From Craspedostauros australis (Eukaryota), in NCBI GenBank assembly GCA_030167865.1, contig JALAGF010004959.1, forward strand, positions 1 through 61,020: DNA of 61,020 nt, read 5' to 3'. The notes under the pieces were generated by a model, which was not told the origin of the DNA, did not search any database, and worked only from the letters and a program-made list of their open reading frames with translations. The number at the start of each line of letters is the position of its first letter. Position 1 is the first letter of the stretch. This document shows positions 11,772-22,687 of this stretch, piece by piece. A program made the position numbers and the translations under genes.

Positions 11772-12737
11772 ATGAAGCTCGCATCAACCACCAGCCTCGC
11801 GCTGTTCCTGCTGTCGTCGACGACCTCCGCCTTCCAGGTCCGAACCCCGATCGCGGCCCATCCCGTCAGCACCATCGGCCGCCATGGACTGCCATCGGCA
11901 TTGCACGCCGTCGACCCATCGCCCCAAAAATCGACCGCCGCGTCCGTCTCCGACATCATCGACAAGACCACCGCGTCCGTCTCCGACGCCACCCGCAAGA
12001 TCGCCAACAAGATGGACGACCGCGTCTACGCCTTCAACAAGATCGTCATCGACTCCGTCTACGAGCTCATCTGCCTCATCTACCCCGTGCGCGGCACGGA
12101 TCGCGATTTCGCACGCTTCTACGTGCTCGAAACCGTCGCCCGCGTGCCCTACTTCGCCTACCTCTCCGTCCTGCATCTGCGCGAGACGTTCGGCGAACGC
12201 GATCTGGGCGACAAGATGCGCACGCACTACGCCGAGGCCGACAACGAGCTGCACCATCTCCTCATCATGGAATCGCTGGGCGGCAACAGCAGCCCCGTCG
12301 ATCGCGTGCTGGCCCAGACCATGGCCTTCTTCTACTACTGGTACGTCGTGCTCGTCTACGCGTGGTCCGAGGACGCCGCGTATCATCTGTCGGAGCTCAT
12401 CGAGGATCACGCCTTCAACACCTACAGCAAGTACCTCGTGGAGCACGAGGAGATGCTCAAGTCGCGTCCCGTGCCGGAGATCGCGCAGAAGTACTACGTC
12501 GACGACAATCCGTTCCTCTTCGATCTGTTCTGCACCGTCAAGGAGGCCGACGAGAATGGAGATTTCTCGGCCCGCCGTCCCAAGCTGGAAAGCCTCTACG
12601 ATGTCTTTGTCAACGTGAGGGATGACGAGAAGGAGCATTGGAAGACGCTGTGCAATCTGGTGCAGTACGGTGACATGCAGGGCTGCGCCAACAGCCTCGT
12701 CCAGTCGACGGAAGCGGAGCCTTCCAAGAAGGACTAG
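11772..12737 (+). CDS. PTOX: Plastid terminal oxidase (alternative oxidase family, di-iron plastoquinol oxidase)
   Basis: RFYVLETVARVPYFAYLSVLHL, EADNELHH, ELIEDHAFNTY and DDEKEH di-iron ligand motifs. PTOX-type FLFDLFCT segment. Bipartite presequence MKLASTTSLALFLLSSTTSAFQV. Confidence 0.93.
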   Translation: MKLASTTSLALFLLSSTTSAFQVRTPIAAHPVSTIGRHGLPSALHAVDPSPQKSTAASVSDIIDKTTASVSDATRKIANKMDDRVYAFNKIVIDSVYELICLIYPVRGTDRDFARFYVLETVARVPYFAYLSVLHLRETFGERDLGDKMRTHYAEADNELHHLLIMESLGGNSSPVDRVLAQTMAFFYYWYVVLVYAWSEDAAYHLSELIEDHAFNTYSKYLVEHEEMLKSRPVPEIAQKYYVDDNPFLFDLFCTVKEADENGDFSARRPKLESLYDVFVNVRDDEKEHWKTLCNLVQYGDMQGCANSLVQSTEAEPSKKD

Positions 12738-13248
12738 AGAGTATTGATGACAACGACAACGCAATATCACATTGCCAACCCATTTATTCGGCTGTAAACC
12801 AACACTTTATGCTATGATATTATACAAAACGTTGGGACTCATACAATTGTGCTCAGCCACTGTGATGTCGTGCAGTTTGACAGTAGGGACAATGGACTCA
12901 GCCTGTGGCTGATGTTGCAATGGCGATCCCATTCCGTTCGTCTTGTTTGGATGCCAAAACGGAATGGTTTCGTTCCAGCAAGCTTCATTCAAATCGTATT
13001 CAAAATATTATTGGACATCCACCGCTTCTCCCACGAATGATTGAACACAAGTCATGGCAATATTCTCAAAGCCACATTTTGGAGGGGGGACTTCAGCATT
13101 GCCGTTGTTGTCGCTGTCCACCCAAAACCGCAAATAGAATGGCACTCTCTCTCACACGCACACACACACACGTTTGCTCTGTGTGTCTATGATCGATTCT
13201 GAAATGTTTTGTTTACCTAATGCTCCTATCCATCCAACTGGTATGACG

Positions 13249-15582
13249 CTAATAATCAAAGAAACAGAAATTCTCCGACTCGGAACAGTACTCGCCAAAG
13301 ACGAGATCGACCGTGTCGGAACTGACGAAGGTGGCGTTCGTCGTGTTGCCAATCTGACAGAATCCATCGGGTGTCGGCGGACTGCCGTTGGGACACAGCT
13401 GGCAGCCGGAGTACCAGAACAGGGATTCCTCGACGAGGTAGCAGACGCCGCCCTGGTTGAGGTAGATGAGGATGACGATGACGGAGACGAAGAAGGGCAC
13501 GACGGGGACGCAGTGCAGGACCAAGGAGCAGATGGTCTGCTCGTCGCCTTCGAGCCAGATGGAGACGAAGTGCAGCAGCAGGGACGCCGCCTCGAGGCCG
13601 AGGACGAGGAAGGACTCGTTCTTGTCGGATTGGTAGAGCAGCATCCACGCCACGACGGAACCGAAGAAGGGATTGATGAGGACCATGAAGTTGATGAACG
13701 TGAAGAGCGTCTTGGCGTTCCATTGCAGACAGCGGCACAGCCAGCTCACCGTGCCCTTGTCGGACGGGTTGTGCAGATCGGGACACAGGGTCAATTTGAT
13801 GGCGCGCGCTAGGAAGCAGAGCTCGGCGAGGATGAGGATGAAGAAGGGGATGGTGATGCCCAAGGGCCACGAACCCAGATCGATGGTGCTGCCGCAGCAC
13901 TCGGAATCCTGCACGAGGGCGAGGAAGGCGATGATGGTCGTGACGAGATCGAGGACGAGCTCGACGGAGACGACGATCCAGATGATGACGAGCGACTTGG
14001 GTGGCGCTTTGATGTCCTCCCTTCGGTAGCGCAGGTAGCGCAAACGGCGCGGCCGCTGCGCCATCGCATGTGGCGGCGGACCGTGGAAGCTGCCTTGGCG
14101 TCGGAATTGCTCCGGACCGCCAAAGCCGGACGACGTGGATTTGCCCATGGCGCTGTGCGGTCCGTACATATCTCGCCGCGATGGCATGCTCGCGATGGTG
14201 CGGCCGGCATCGAAGGAACGACGGCGGCCATCATGCATGGAACGATTGGGGGCGAAGCTGTCATGGAAGTTGGTCGGTGGCCCGTTGAACGATCGCGACG
14301 TTTGCAGCACGCGGCCACCGCGCGAGGAGTTGTGAAACTTGGATGGTTGGCGCATGAAGTTGGTGCCGGATGCGTTGAAGTTGGTGCCCGACGCGTTGAA
14401 GTTGGTGCCCGAAGCGTTGAAATTGGATCTGGAAACTGCCGCCATGCCATGGTCCATGGAACGCGATCGTTGGAAGCCACGCGATGTGCTCGCGTGACCA
14501 AAGGTTGAATCAGCCATCAACCGATCTCGCGATTTGGCGCGCCGCAACGGTCCTCCGAATTGCGACATTTCCTCGGGTCCGCGCGATCGCGATCGTTGCC
14601 CCTTCGATGGCTCGCCACCCACGTACGTCATGCTGTTGCCCAGCGATGCCACGGACCGATCCATGGATCTGCCGCGCCCATGTCTTGACCCACTTCTGGC
14701 ATCGCCGTAGGAACCGACCGATCGATCCGTGGATCTGCCTCGCTTCGGTCTCGAAGGCCCGACGCTGCCACCACCACCACCAATACCCGGCATGGAGGCG
14801 ACGGAACGACCGCGATCTGGTTTGGGTCTGACATGCGCAGGTGGTGTCGGCGAGAGACGGCCGTTGGAGCTGTGATTGTTGTTGGGTCGGCTGCCGGATT
14901 GCGTGGACGGGTAGGTGTCGGCGCTCGTCTTGGACGAATGGCTGTGCTGCAGGTCGCCACTCTTGGATTTTGATTTCTTGAGAGTCTTTGAAAAGTCCGC
15001 CGACTTGCGTCGCTGAGGTTGCGTGGCGCTCTTCTGCTTGCCTGGCGGTCTCTTCTTCTTCTTGTTTCTGTTGGCCGCCGCAGTGCCTCCTTTCTTCTTG
15101 CTCTTCGCTGCGCCCTTCTTGAGATCGGTGAGACTGAGGGAATCATCCTGCCCTTCCGAGTCGGAGTTGTAGTTGTCGAAGTCGGTGATGTAGATCGATT
15201 CTTCAAAGTCATTCGACCCGTTCATCGACTTGCTCCCGAACCTCGATTCCAATGCCCGTTTCCGCTGCTTGGCATTTGGCTTGGGAGCGCGCGGCGGTGG
15301 ATGCTGCTGTTTGTGCTGCTGCTGCAAGTCATCGTCGCTCGAACCGAACTTGTTCTCCAAGCTCCTGGCCCGCTTGCGCACATCCGCCTTGCGTTTCTGC
15401 TGTCGACCGCTGTTGTCGGCCGTGCGGCTGCGTTGCGAATTGTCTCCCGTTCGACCCGTGCTGCGCTGCGAGTTGTCGCCCGCGTTGGACTTCTTCTTTG
15501 CGAGCTTCTTCTTGTTGCCGCCATTCTTCGCTGCTGCATCTCCAGCTCCAGCTGCTGCTGCTTTGGACTTTTTCGGTGGCAT
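13249..15582 (-). CDS. Uncharacterised membrane protein: long basic/Ser-rich disordered N-terminus plus ~5 C-terminal TM helices, 777 aa
   Basis: Single ORF from MPPKKSK with strong codon bias. Hydrophobic segments in the last ~250 aa with Cys-rich loops. Internal (NFNASG) repeat x3 at ~14356-14425. Confidence 0.8.
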   Translation of the reverse strand: MPPKKSKAAAAGAGDAAAKNGGNKKKLAKKKSNAGDNSQRSTGRTGDNSQRSRTADNSGRQQKRKADVRKRARSLENKFGSSDDDLQQQHKQQHPPPRAPKPNAKQRKRALESRFGSKSMNGSNDFEESIYITDFDNYNSDSEGQDDSLSLTDLKKGAAKSKKKGGTAAANRNKKKKRPPGKQKSATQPQRRKSADFSKTLKKSKSKSGDLQHSHSSKTSADTYPSTQSGSRPNNNHSSNGRLSPTPPAHVRPKPDRGRSVASMPGIGGGGGSVGPSRPKRGRSTDRSVGSYGDARSGSRHGRGRSMDRSVASLGNSMTYVGGEPSKGQRSRSRGPEEMSQFGGPLRRAKSRDRLMADSTFGHASTSRGFQRSRSMDHGMAAVSRSNFNASGTNFNASGTNFNASGTNFMRQPSKFHNSSRGGRVLQTSRSFNGPPTNFHDSFAPNRSMHDGRRRSFDAGRTIASMPSRRDMYGPHSAMGKSTSSGFGGPEQFRRQGSFHGPPPHAMAQRPRRLRYLRYRREDIKAPPKSLVIIWIVVSVELVLDLVTTIIAFLALVQDSECCGSTIDLGSWPLGITIPFFILILAELCFLARAIKLTLCPDLHNPSDKGTVSWLCRCLQWNAKTLFTFINFMVLINPFFGSVVAWMLLYQSDKNESFLVLGLEAASLLLHFVSIWLEGDEQTICSLVLHCVPVVPFFVSVIVILIYLNQGGVCYLVEESLFWYSGCQLCPNGSPPTPDGFCQIGNTTNATFVSSDTVDLVFGEYCSESENFCFFDY

Positions 15583-15612
15583 CGTGCAGATTATAATCTT
15601 CGTCTAATATCA

Positions 15613-15656
15613 GTATAATGCTCGTATAATGCTCGTATAATGCTGGTATAATGCTC
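15613..15656. repeat. 11-bp tandem repeat (GTATAATGCTC)x4 just upstream of the membrane-protein start codon
   Basis: Units at 15613, 15624, 15635 and 15646, with one mismatch. Confidence 0.85.
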
Positions 15657-16943
15657 TTACGCCAGATGGATGGATGCCTGTTAAGTCCCGCCAACGCCGA
15701 GCTGTGCAGTTATATGCGTTGCTTGTGTTGCTTGTGTTGCTTGTGCTGCTTCTGTTGTTTATCTTGTAGAGTAGTAGCTTCGCACAGCTTATGATCGTGC
15801 AACAGACGTGGAACAGAGCTATGCGTCTCAATGTATTGGTTTGCCTGCCTCTGATGTATCGCACGAGCGTCGTATAGCCAGTCTTCACCTTTGCTGCGCG
15901 CAATGGCGAACGGCTGTTCCTCCGAACGCGGTTTCTGCTGCGCGCTGCTGCGATGTGATGAATTGGACCGTCGGTGAATTTCCGGGTTGTGCGCGAGAGT
16001 AGCTTTGCTTGCGTGGTGTTCAACAGACTCTCGATGCCGTTTCTCTCTCTCTGTTTTGTTGTGAATGCTTCTCTCCCTCTCCTTGCTGTTGCGGAGGTAC
16101 CATCTGTGATACGATGCTGTCTCTCTGGGAGGTTGATCCCATCGGGCACTTGTTTGCCTGCGAAGAGGTTGTCACCAATGTCCGTGCCAACGATGCTCCT
16201 GTTTGCATTGTGAGCGTGTTGCAACACAGCGCATTTTCGTTCGTTGTCTCAGGCGGGAATCGGACGACAGCGGAATGACCCAGTGGACTTCACCGGCAAA
16301 TATCAACAGGACCATCCCGCGTGACACCGAAGTGTCCTTTCTTTGAACGAACGCCTCCATTCGGCGGGCTTTGCAAGGAAGTAGACTCGTAGTTCATCAG
16401 CAGCAGCATCATTTGAAACAAACACACAGCTATGATCTCGTCTACTTCTGGCACTTTACACAACTCCCCATTCACAAATGCCCTGAGCATGCTCGCATAG
16501 TAAAAGACTTCGACAAGAGCATCTCAATGCCATGATGGCTAGCTGACCTCTGATCTACTACTAACACAATCGATGACAAGGTCCGAGGGCTCGCGTTGGA
16601 CGCAATTTGGGATTTTGTTCGCTTTCGGGGTCGAGTTTGGCTCCTCCCAACAAGTTTCTGACGGAATTAATCATTTAGTGGTCATTCACGAACATTTATG
16701 GCATTTCCTAATTATGGACAAGTCGTAGTCTAGTCTAACACCTATGACTAGAGAGACGCCACAAACGATGGCAACTCAACACGAGTCAACCCCAAATGAC
16801 TGTGAAAGTCTATGCACATGAACAGCGCGACGACTAGTCGTAGTGGGTACTTTCTGCAGCATGGCACCTAATGTTACCTATTGTCTCTATCGTTATCTCT
16901 ACCATCATCCATCAGTATCATGCACACGCACGCCACCCTCTCA

Positions 16944-18417
16944 TCAATCAAACAGACACTGTACACAACCCTTGAAATGTTTGGAGAATCCGCGTTTGCC
17001 ACTGCCTCTTCCACGTCGTGATTGACCTGGATGGTGTACCAACGAATTCGTCTCAATCGTGGAACCATCCAACGAACTGCGGAAACTGGTGGAGGCCATG
17101 AGCTGGCGGTTGGTAGGAGCACCATCGGCGTCTTGTTGCTTTGTGGATATCGTTGACCAATCCACGAGGTGATCGCTCGGGACATTCATCGTCGCCGCGG
17201 CGCTGTGCCAGCGTTTTTCGATGCGTGTGGTGAAGTCGCTGCGTTGTGAATTGGATGGCGACGACGATGCTTTGTGCCGTCGTTGTTGTTGTTGCTTGTG
17301 GTTTGGACTGCGATTGGCAACATCGTTGCTATCGTCGTCGTCGTCGTCGTCGTCATCCAACAGCAACAAATCAATGTGCGACCTCGTGGATGCTCCTGCA
17401 ATCGATTGGTCCGCATTTGGAACCTGGAATGGGTCGTCTTCATCATGACTATCCTGTTGTTGATGCTGTTGTTGTTGTTGCTGCTCCAATGCTCCACGAG
17501 GTGCATCTTCCACTCGATTGGTCACTGCATCTTGTTCCTGCGTCAGCTGAGTCTCCGACGACGCGGATGTACTGACGGTCAATCCGGATACCATCGTCTG
17601 GTCCAACGACAGATCTTGCAAGATGTAGTTCTCGTACTTGGCCTTGTCGATGAGCAACGCCAATTCTTCCATGCATTGCAACAGCTCCACCAATTGCGCC
17701 TGGCTCTTGTTGCGGCTCGTGGCGATGTTGGGGTGAAAGTAATCCTTGTGAGTTGGCAGCACCACGGATAGGAATTTGACGAGACGGCTCCCGACCAAGT
17801 AGGAATCGCAAAGTTCGGCAGTGGTATCGATGTTGGCCGAAAGGAATTGATCGAAGACCTGTGCGGTGGAAGGCGGATGTCGCGTCCAATTTCAAATGCA
17901 AGAGTGAAAAGTGAAGGGCGTTCGAGTTAGCGGTCTTTGGAAGCGACTGGCACCTACGCATTGCCGATGGTTGATGAGCTTATTGCCTTGTGCTTGTGTT
18001 CTGATCACAACATGGAACGCATTCGCGTGCACTCACCTTCTCCGAAACGGCATAATAGCGATGGATGTCGCAATCATTGCTGAGCACGAACGTGTTGCCA
18101 CCCTTCTCTTCGTCTTCCACAACGAGCTGCGCTCGAAAGAGCTTGCCGTGCTTGCGCCAAGCTTCTTCGGGCGGCGATGAAGCAGAAGACGATGACGACG
18201 ACGGCAATGCCGTGGGATTCTTCTGCGGTGCGCTGTACATGGGCGGTCGCTTGTGTTGGTCTTTGAGTTGTTGTTGCTTGTTGCCAAGCTGTTTGGATTG
18301 TGGTGATGATGAAGAGTTGTGGACGGTGGACTCCATCGCGTTATCCATGGATGATGACTCTCCGGCTCTTACGTTTGCCCCTGTTGGATGGAGCTTGAAT
18401 GTAACGGCACGTCTCAT
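16944..18417 (-). CDS. Protein with USP8-dimerisation/AMSH N-terminal (MIT-like) domain; 2 exons (18417-18037, 17858-16944), ~431 aa
   Basis: GTGAGT...CAG intron 18036-17859 joins DIHRYYAVSEK to VFDQFL...DSYLVGSRLVKFLSVVLPTHKDY, which resembles the AMSH/USP8 N-domain (..LPxHxDY). The rest is low-complexity. The start Met is uncertain. Confidence 0.7.
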
Positions 18418-19607
18418 GGAGTACTGTATGCAGAGTAGTCGTATAATACAATGTAAAATAGTATGTGATATAACAGATTGGAGTGCGTACGAGCTATGGT
18501 TGATTGGAGTATGCGCAAGTCTTGAGACGCTTGTCGTTGTTCCTTCGGTTTGTCGCGTCGTTTCGAACGCTTGTGTTTGATGTGCCTTCAATGCGAGGAG
18601 TCTTGGACTTGATGATGGGGACGACACCGACCAATGATAATGAAGGTGGACTTGTATTCGTAAAGTAGATGATGTTTGCAGATGATGTGAGTTGGAGTGA
18701 GTGCTCTGCTCTGCTCTGCTCCCATCTCCGCGGAAGTTGTTGCTCCAGCTGCCGTCGGTTGCAGTTCAAGCCTGACACCATGTGTGCATCTCCGCATCAC
18801 AAGGAGAAGTTCGTTCGTCAACAATACCAGCAGCGTCCATCTCCCTCCATCTCATTCGCTTCCTCTCCTCGTAAACCTCTCGGCCTCTGCCTCCGTCTCC
18901 CACGGCACCTCTCCGCACTCATCTCGCCTCTCTCCCTGTGATGTGCCCTCATCCCGCAGCTTCACACAACTTCGTTTGTATTTGAAGGGAGTTGTTGGCG
19001 CCATTTTCGAGTTGGCGCCAACTTGCCACACGACAACTTCACACCAGCCACAACTTCAATTCCATCCACATCACGCAACACGACCTGTCACAATTGTGTG
19101 AGTAGGCAAGGGTCATTCGATATACATAATATACATACATGAGTACCTTATCTCCCATAATATATCCGTTGGAGTCGAACAAACTCGTGAGTTCCCAATG
19201 CAGGCATGGCGGGATCGTGATCCACATCTTGTGATGCCGCCTGTCTGTACGTCGACGGAAGTCTTTCCCATCACAAGATCCACCAAGTTTCGATGCGTTC
19301 CAAAGAAAAATGAAATGAGAAAAGATCTGATGCTCTTCTGTGCTTTCTTCTTTGGCCTTTGGATACCTTCTCGGATGGTGCTTGCAGTTGCTCAGCAGCA
19401 TCCTGGTCGAGTGGCAAGATGTCGGCGGTGGTCATCGTCTTGGTGGCCTCAGGATCATAGCAACCCTCTGCGATTCTGGAATGTTTCGAGTCCGCCGATA
19501 GAGCTCCACCACCGTTGTTCTCTCAACAACATCAATACCAACATCTCCGTTTACTCGACGTGACGCGACGTGACGTCTCCGTTGCCATCAGCATCACGAG
19601 TACGAGA

Positions 19608-21986
19608 ATGGCACAGGAAGAAAGGATCCACCGAAGAGCTTCGAGAGATAGAAGCGCAGGCACGCACAACTACGAGCAGGAACAAAACGTGAGACAGCAA
19701 CGCAGGCGAGAAGGAGCGACTTTGCGGACGCGTGCCACCGTTGCGCTGCTGTTCTTGTGCTCCATGCGTTCGGTGCAAGCCGCCTATGCTCGGAGATGGG
19801 GCAGACTTCAACCCTCCGCCGCATTCCTCTCGCATGTTTCCGGAAGGGCACCTGACTCATGCGAGAGACATCATGCCCCATGGCATCGAGGCCACTTCCA
19901 CGAACAGCCCAAGGTCTCACCCAGCCTCTTCCCCACCAATCGGCCGGGGCTGTCTGCACCTTTATCAACACAATCCAAGGCCCAAATGCAAGCACTGTCG
20001 CAATCGCAATCAGGGTCGGAACCGCAGTTAGAACCGAAGCCGTTTCATGGGGAAGTCTCGCCGTTTTCGCACTGGGCAAATCACGTTCAGGTCAGCGAGG
20101 AGGATCTTCCACTCACCGTGGTGGATGTCATCAACCGAGCATGCGCTGAACATGTATCATACGAGTACGATGGTACCAATTCGACCAGCGATCGTGGCAA
20201 TGTCGATGGTAAAGACGACACCAGCAACATGATTGAAATGCCCAAATCTGGCACGGCCAAGCTGACGGCCAGACAGCTGCTGCACCTTGGCTCCATCTGG
20301 TATCTGCCCGCAACCGAGTTTGACGACATCAAGATAGTCAAGGAATCCATCAGGGCTGGCCAGAAGATTTACAAGCCCCAGCGGCTGTCCTTGCAGCACG
20401 CCGACATGTCGGTGCAGCTGCATGACTACTTCCGCGTTCACCACGTGCCGCGCCGTTTCACGGCAGTCTACGAGTACGATTGGCACGCATCATCCAACGA
20501 TGTCATCGTGTCATCGTCCGATCCGCATTTCATGGTCATCAACAAGCCACCTCTCGTGCCGGTACATCAGACCGTGGATAATCAATTGGAGAATGTTCTG
20601 GGACAATTGAATGCGGCGCAACCGCACGACTACCTCGTCACGACGCAACGGTTGGACATCAACACATCGGGCTTCCTGGTTGTGGCGACCAACAAAACCT
20701 TCGCGGCGTACTTCGCGCAGCTATTGCGCAGGAAAACGAAACGCGTGCTGAGATCCAATTCCATGAATGAAGACGACGACGGCGGTGCGGTCACTGCTGT
20801 TTTCGATACCCACAAGGATCCAATCATCAAAACATACAAGTGCTTAGTCATTTGTCCATCCTCCCTGCCTGACACTAAAAATCACCACGTGGATGCGCAC
20901 CAGAACTTGCAACAGTGTGCTCAGAATCGAACGATCATCCAGCATTGGTTGCAGAAAGGCGTCCGGGCCCCGAGGAATTTCTCCGCAACAAGACCCGACG
21001 ACTACGACAGCGGTGATTGGAGCGAGTGTCTGCTCCAAATCACAAACGTCAGCAAAACCATACCGCTGACATCGCAGATACGATCCGAACTATGGCCCAA
21101 GGATCCATCCACTATGGTGCCCAAGGATGTGTGCGGCGTCATCGAACTGAAAATCCAACTGCTCACAGGACGCACGCATCAAATCCGTGGCCAGCTGGCC
21201 TGCATGGGATATCCCATCGTGGGTGACGAGCAATATGGTGGTGCGTTGCCCAGCACGGGGTTTGACAGCACGCTGAAGGAGCAGCGACTGGCCTTGCAGT
21301 GCTGCCATTTGGAATTTGTGGATCCGGACTACAGGGACGGTGATGGCAAGGCAATCCAATCCGAACGTCGCAACTCGTACGATCTGCAGGAGGCGTGGTG
21401 GAGTTCCATCATTCCCAAGGAGGACATCACAACGTACGAGCGAGATTTGCTGGCGGACATCCAACAGCGAGCCACTCCGGAACAGGAAGCGCAAGAAGAT
21501 GGCCAGCAGGCTCGACCCGATTTGCTCCCGCCGAGAGTTCAATTATCGCCGGGCAAAAACAAGTACGTCATCGTGAAGGTGATTCCATCACCAGCTGCAA
21601 GCGCCGGCCCAAGTTGCGACTCTGGCAACATCAGCGATGATACCAGCGATACTTCCACCTCAAACGATCCCATCTGGTTCGTCAAGAGCGCCTCGCCGAA
21701 AGAATGCGGCGGACCGTACCATGCCAACGTCGCCGACGACTTGGTGGAATGGATAGTCGCAGCAGGGTACGACAATGTGAAAGTTGTTGGTGGCGGTCGC
21801 ATCGACTACAAACTTACTGCTACCGCTGCGACTGCTACTGCAGCTGACAAGCAAGGCCATGCAACAGTGTATGGAAAGTCCATCGGTTTTGGCCGTGGCG
21901 ATCATTATCAAGTGGCAGCGCTGATTGAAAGTTGGAGCGATGGAACGATTTCGGCTACTGTGGATGCATCACCATCCCTTTATTAA
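19608..21986 (+). CDS. RluA-family RNA pseudouridine synthase fused to a C-terminal Janus/Ocnus (PHPT1-like phosphohistidine phosphatase) domain, ~792 aa
   Basis: RluA motifs VINKPPLVPVH, QRLDINTSG (catalytic Asp) and LLTGRTHQIRGQLACMGYPIVGDEQYG. C-terminal KYVIVKV...YHANV...VVGGGRIDY...VYGKSIGFGRGDH. First ATG at 19608. A signal-like hydrophobic stretch suggests organellar targeting. Confidence 0.85.
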   Translation: MAQEERIHRRASRDRSAGTHNYEQEQNVRQQRRREGATLRTRATVALLFLCSMRSVQAAYARRWGRLQPSAAFLSHVSGRAPDSCERHHAPWHRGHFHEQPKVSPSLFPTNRPGLSAPLSTQSKAQMQALSQSQSGSEPQLEPKPFHGEVSPFSHWANHVQVSEEDLPLTVVDVINRACAEHVSYEYDGTNSTSDRGNVDGKDDTSNMIEMPKSGTAKLTARQLLHLGSIWYLPATEFDDIKIVKESIRAGQKIYKPQRLSLQHADMSVQLHDYFRVHHVPRRFTAVYEYDWHASSNDVIVSSSDPHFMVINKPPLVPVHQTVDNQLENVLGQLNAAQPHDYLVTTQRLDINTSGFLVVATNKTFAAYFAQLLRRKTKRVLRSNSMNEDDDGGAVTAVFDTHKDPIIKTYKCLVICPSSLPDTKNHHVDAHQNLQQCAQNRTIIQHWLQKGVRAPRNFSATRPDDYDSGDWSECLLQITNVSKTIPLTSQIRSELWPKDPSTMVPKDVCGVIELKIQLLTGRTHQIRGQLACMGYPIVGDEQYGGALPSTGFDSTLKEQRLALQCCHLEFVDPDYRDGDGKAIQSERRNSYDLQEAWWSSIIPKEDITTYERDLLADIQQRATPEQEAQEDGQQARPDLLPPRVQLSPGKNKYVIVKVIPSPAASAGPSCDSGNISDDTSDTSTSNDPIWFVKSASPKECGGPYHANVADDLVEWIVAAGYDNVKVVGGGRIDYKLTATAATATAADKQGHATVYGKSIGFGRGDHYQVAALIESWSDGTISATVDASPSLY

Positions 21987-22687
21987 TCGGATGCGGCAGG
22001 CACGTAGACGTTGACATATTCCTTCCCGTCTGGACCTTCGTATCCTCGATCAATCCACAGCTGATCATCCAAGTAGACCGTCTGGATCGTGCTGACACGA
22101 CCTTCCAACATGAAACCGATGTTGATGTTCTTCATTCCCATGGCATCGGACGCGATCTTGTCGTATCGGTATTGCAACGTGTTGGTCGCCGCCTCCAACT
22201 CGTACGTACACGACGCCACCATGCGTTTCAGCAACCCGAATTTGCCAAACTCCAATCTGTAGTTTAGCTTGTCGTCGGACAGGAAATCGATGTACGCCGT
22301 CGTGGAGGTCGCCACCGGCAACGACACGGTGGAGGTGCTGTAGATGAGCTTCCATGATTTTTGGAACAGCTGGGAGTAGTCGACGCGGGCATTCTTCTTC
22401 AGGATGAGCGTCTGGATATACTTTTCCAGCTCCTGCTGCTTGTCCTGCCGCAGCGACGAGAATGGTACCTCCTGCTGCTCCATGGCGCGGAACTGGACCA
22501 TCAGCTCTTGATACTCGAACAATGGATTCTGTTTCGCCTGCAGGCGCGTTGGCGTGGCGCTGATGTCCGTGCGGTATTGCATCGGTTTGTTCATCTGGAA
22601 TGCGCTTGTCTGAATCGCGTAGTGCATGACAAGCAGGAGCGACATCAGAAGGGCCGCGGAGGACGCTCGTCGTGTCATTGCCATCAT
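21983..22687 (-). CDS. Plastid lipid-associated protein (PAP)/fibrillin-domain protein
   Basis: Bipartite presequence (..LLVMHYAIQTSAFQM). Fibrillin-type motifs WKLIYSTS and TVYLDDQLWIDRG. Confidence 0.8.
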   Translation of the reverse strand: MMAMTRRASSAALLMSLLLVMHYAIQTSAFQMNKPMQYRTDISATPTRLQAKQNPLFEYQELMVQFRAMEQQEVPFSSLRQDKQQELEKYIQTLILKKNARVDYSQLFQKSWKLIYSTSTVSLPVATSTTAYIDFLSDDKLNYRLEFGKFGLLKRMVASCTYELEAATNTLQYRYDKIASDAMGMKNINIGFMLEGRVSTIQTVYLDDQLWIDRGYEGPDGKEYVNVYVPAASD

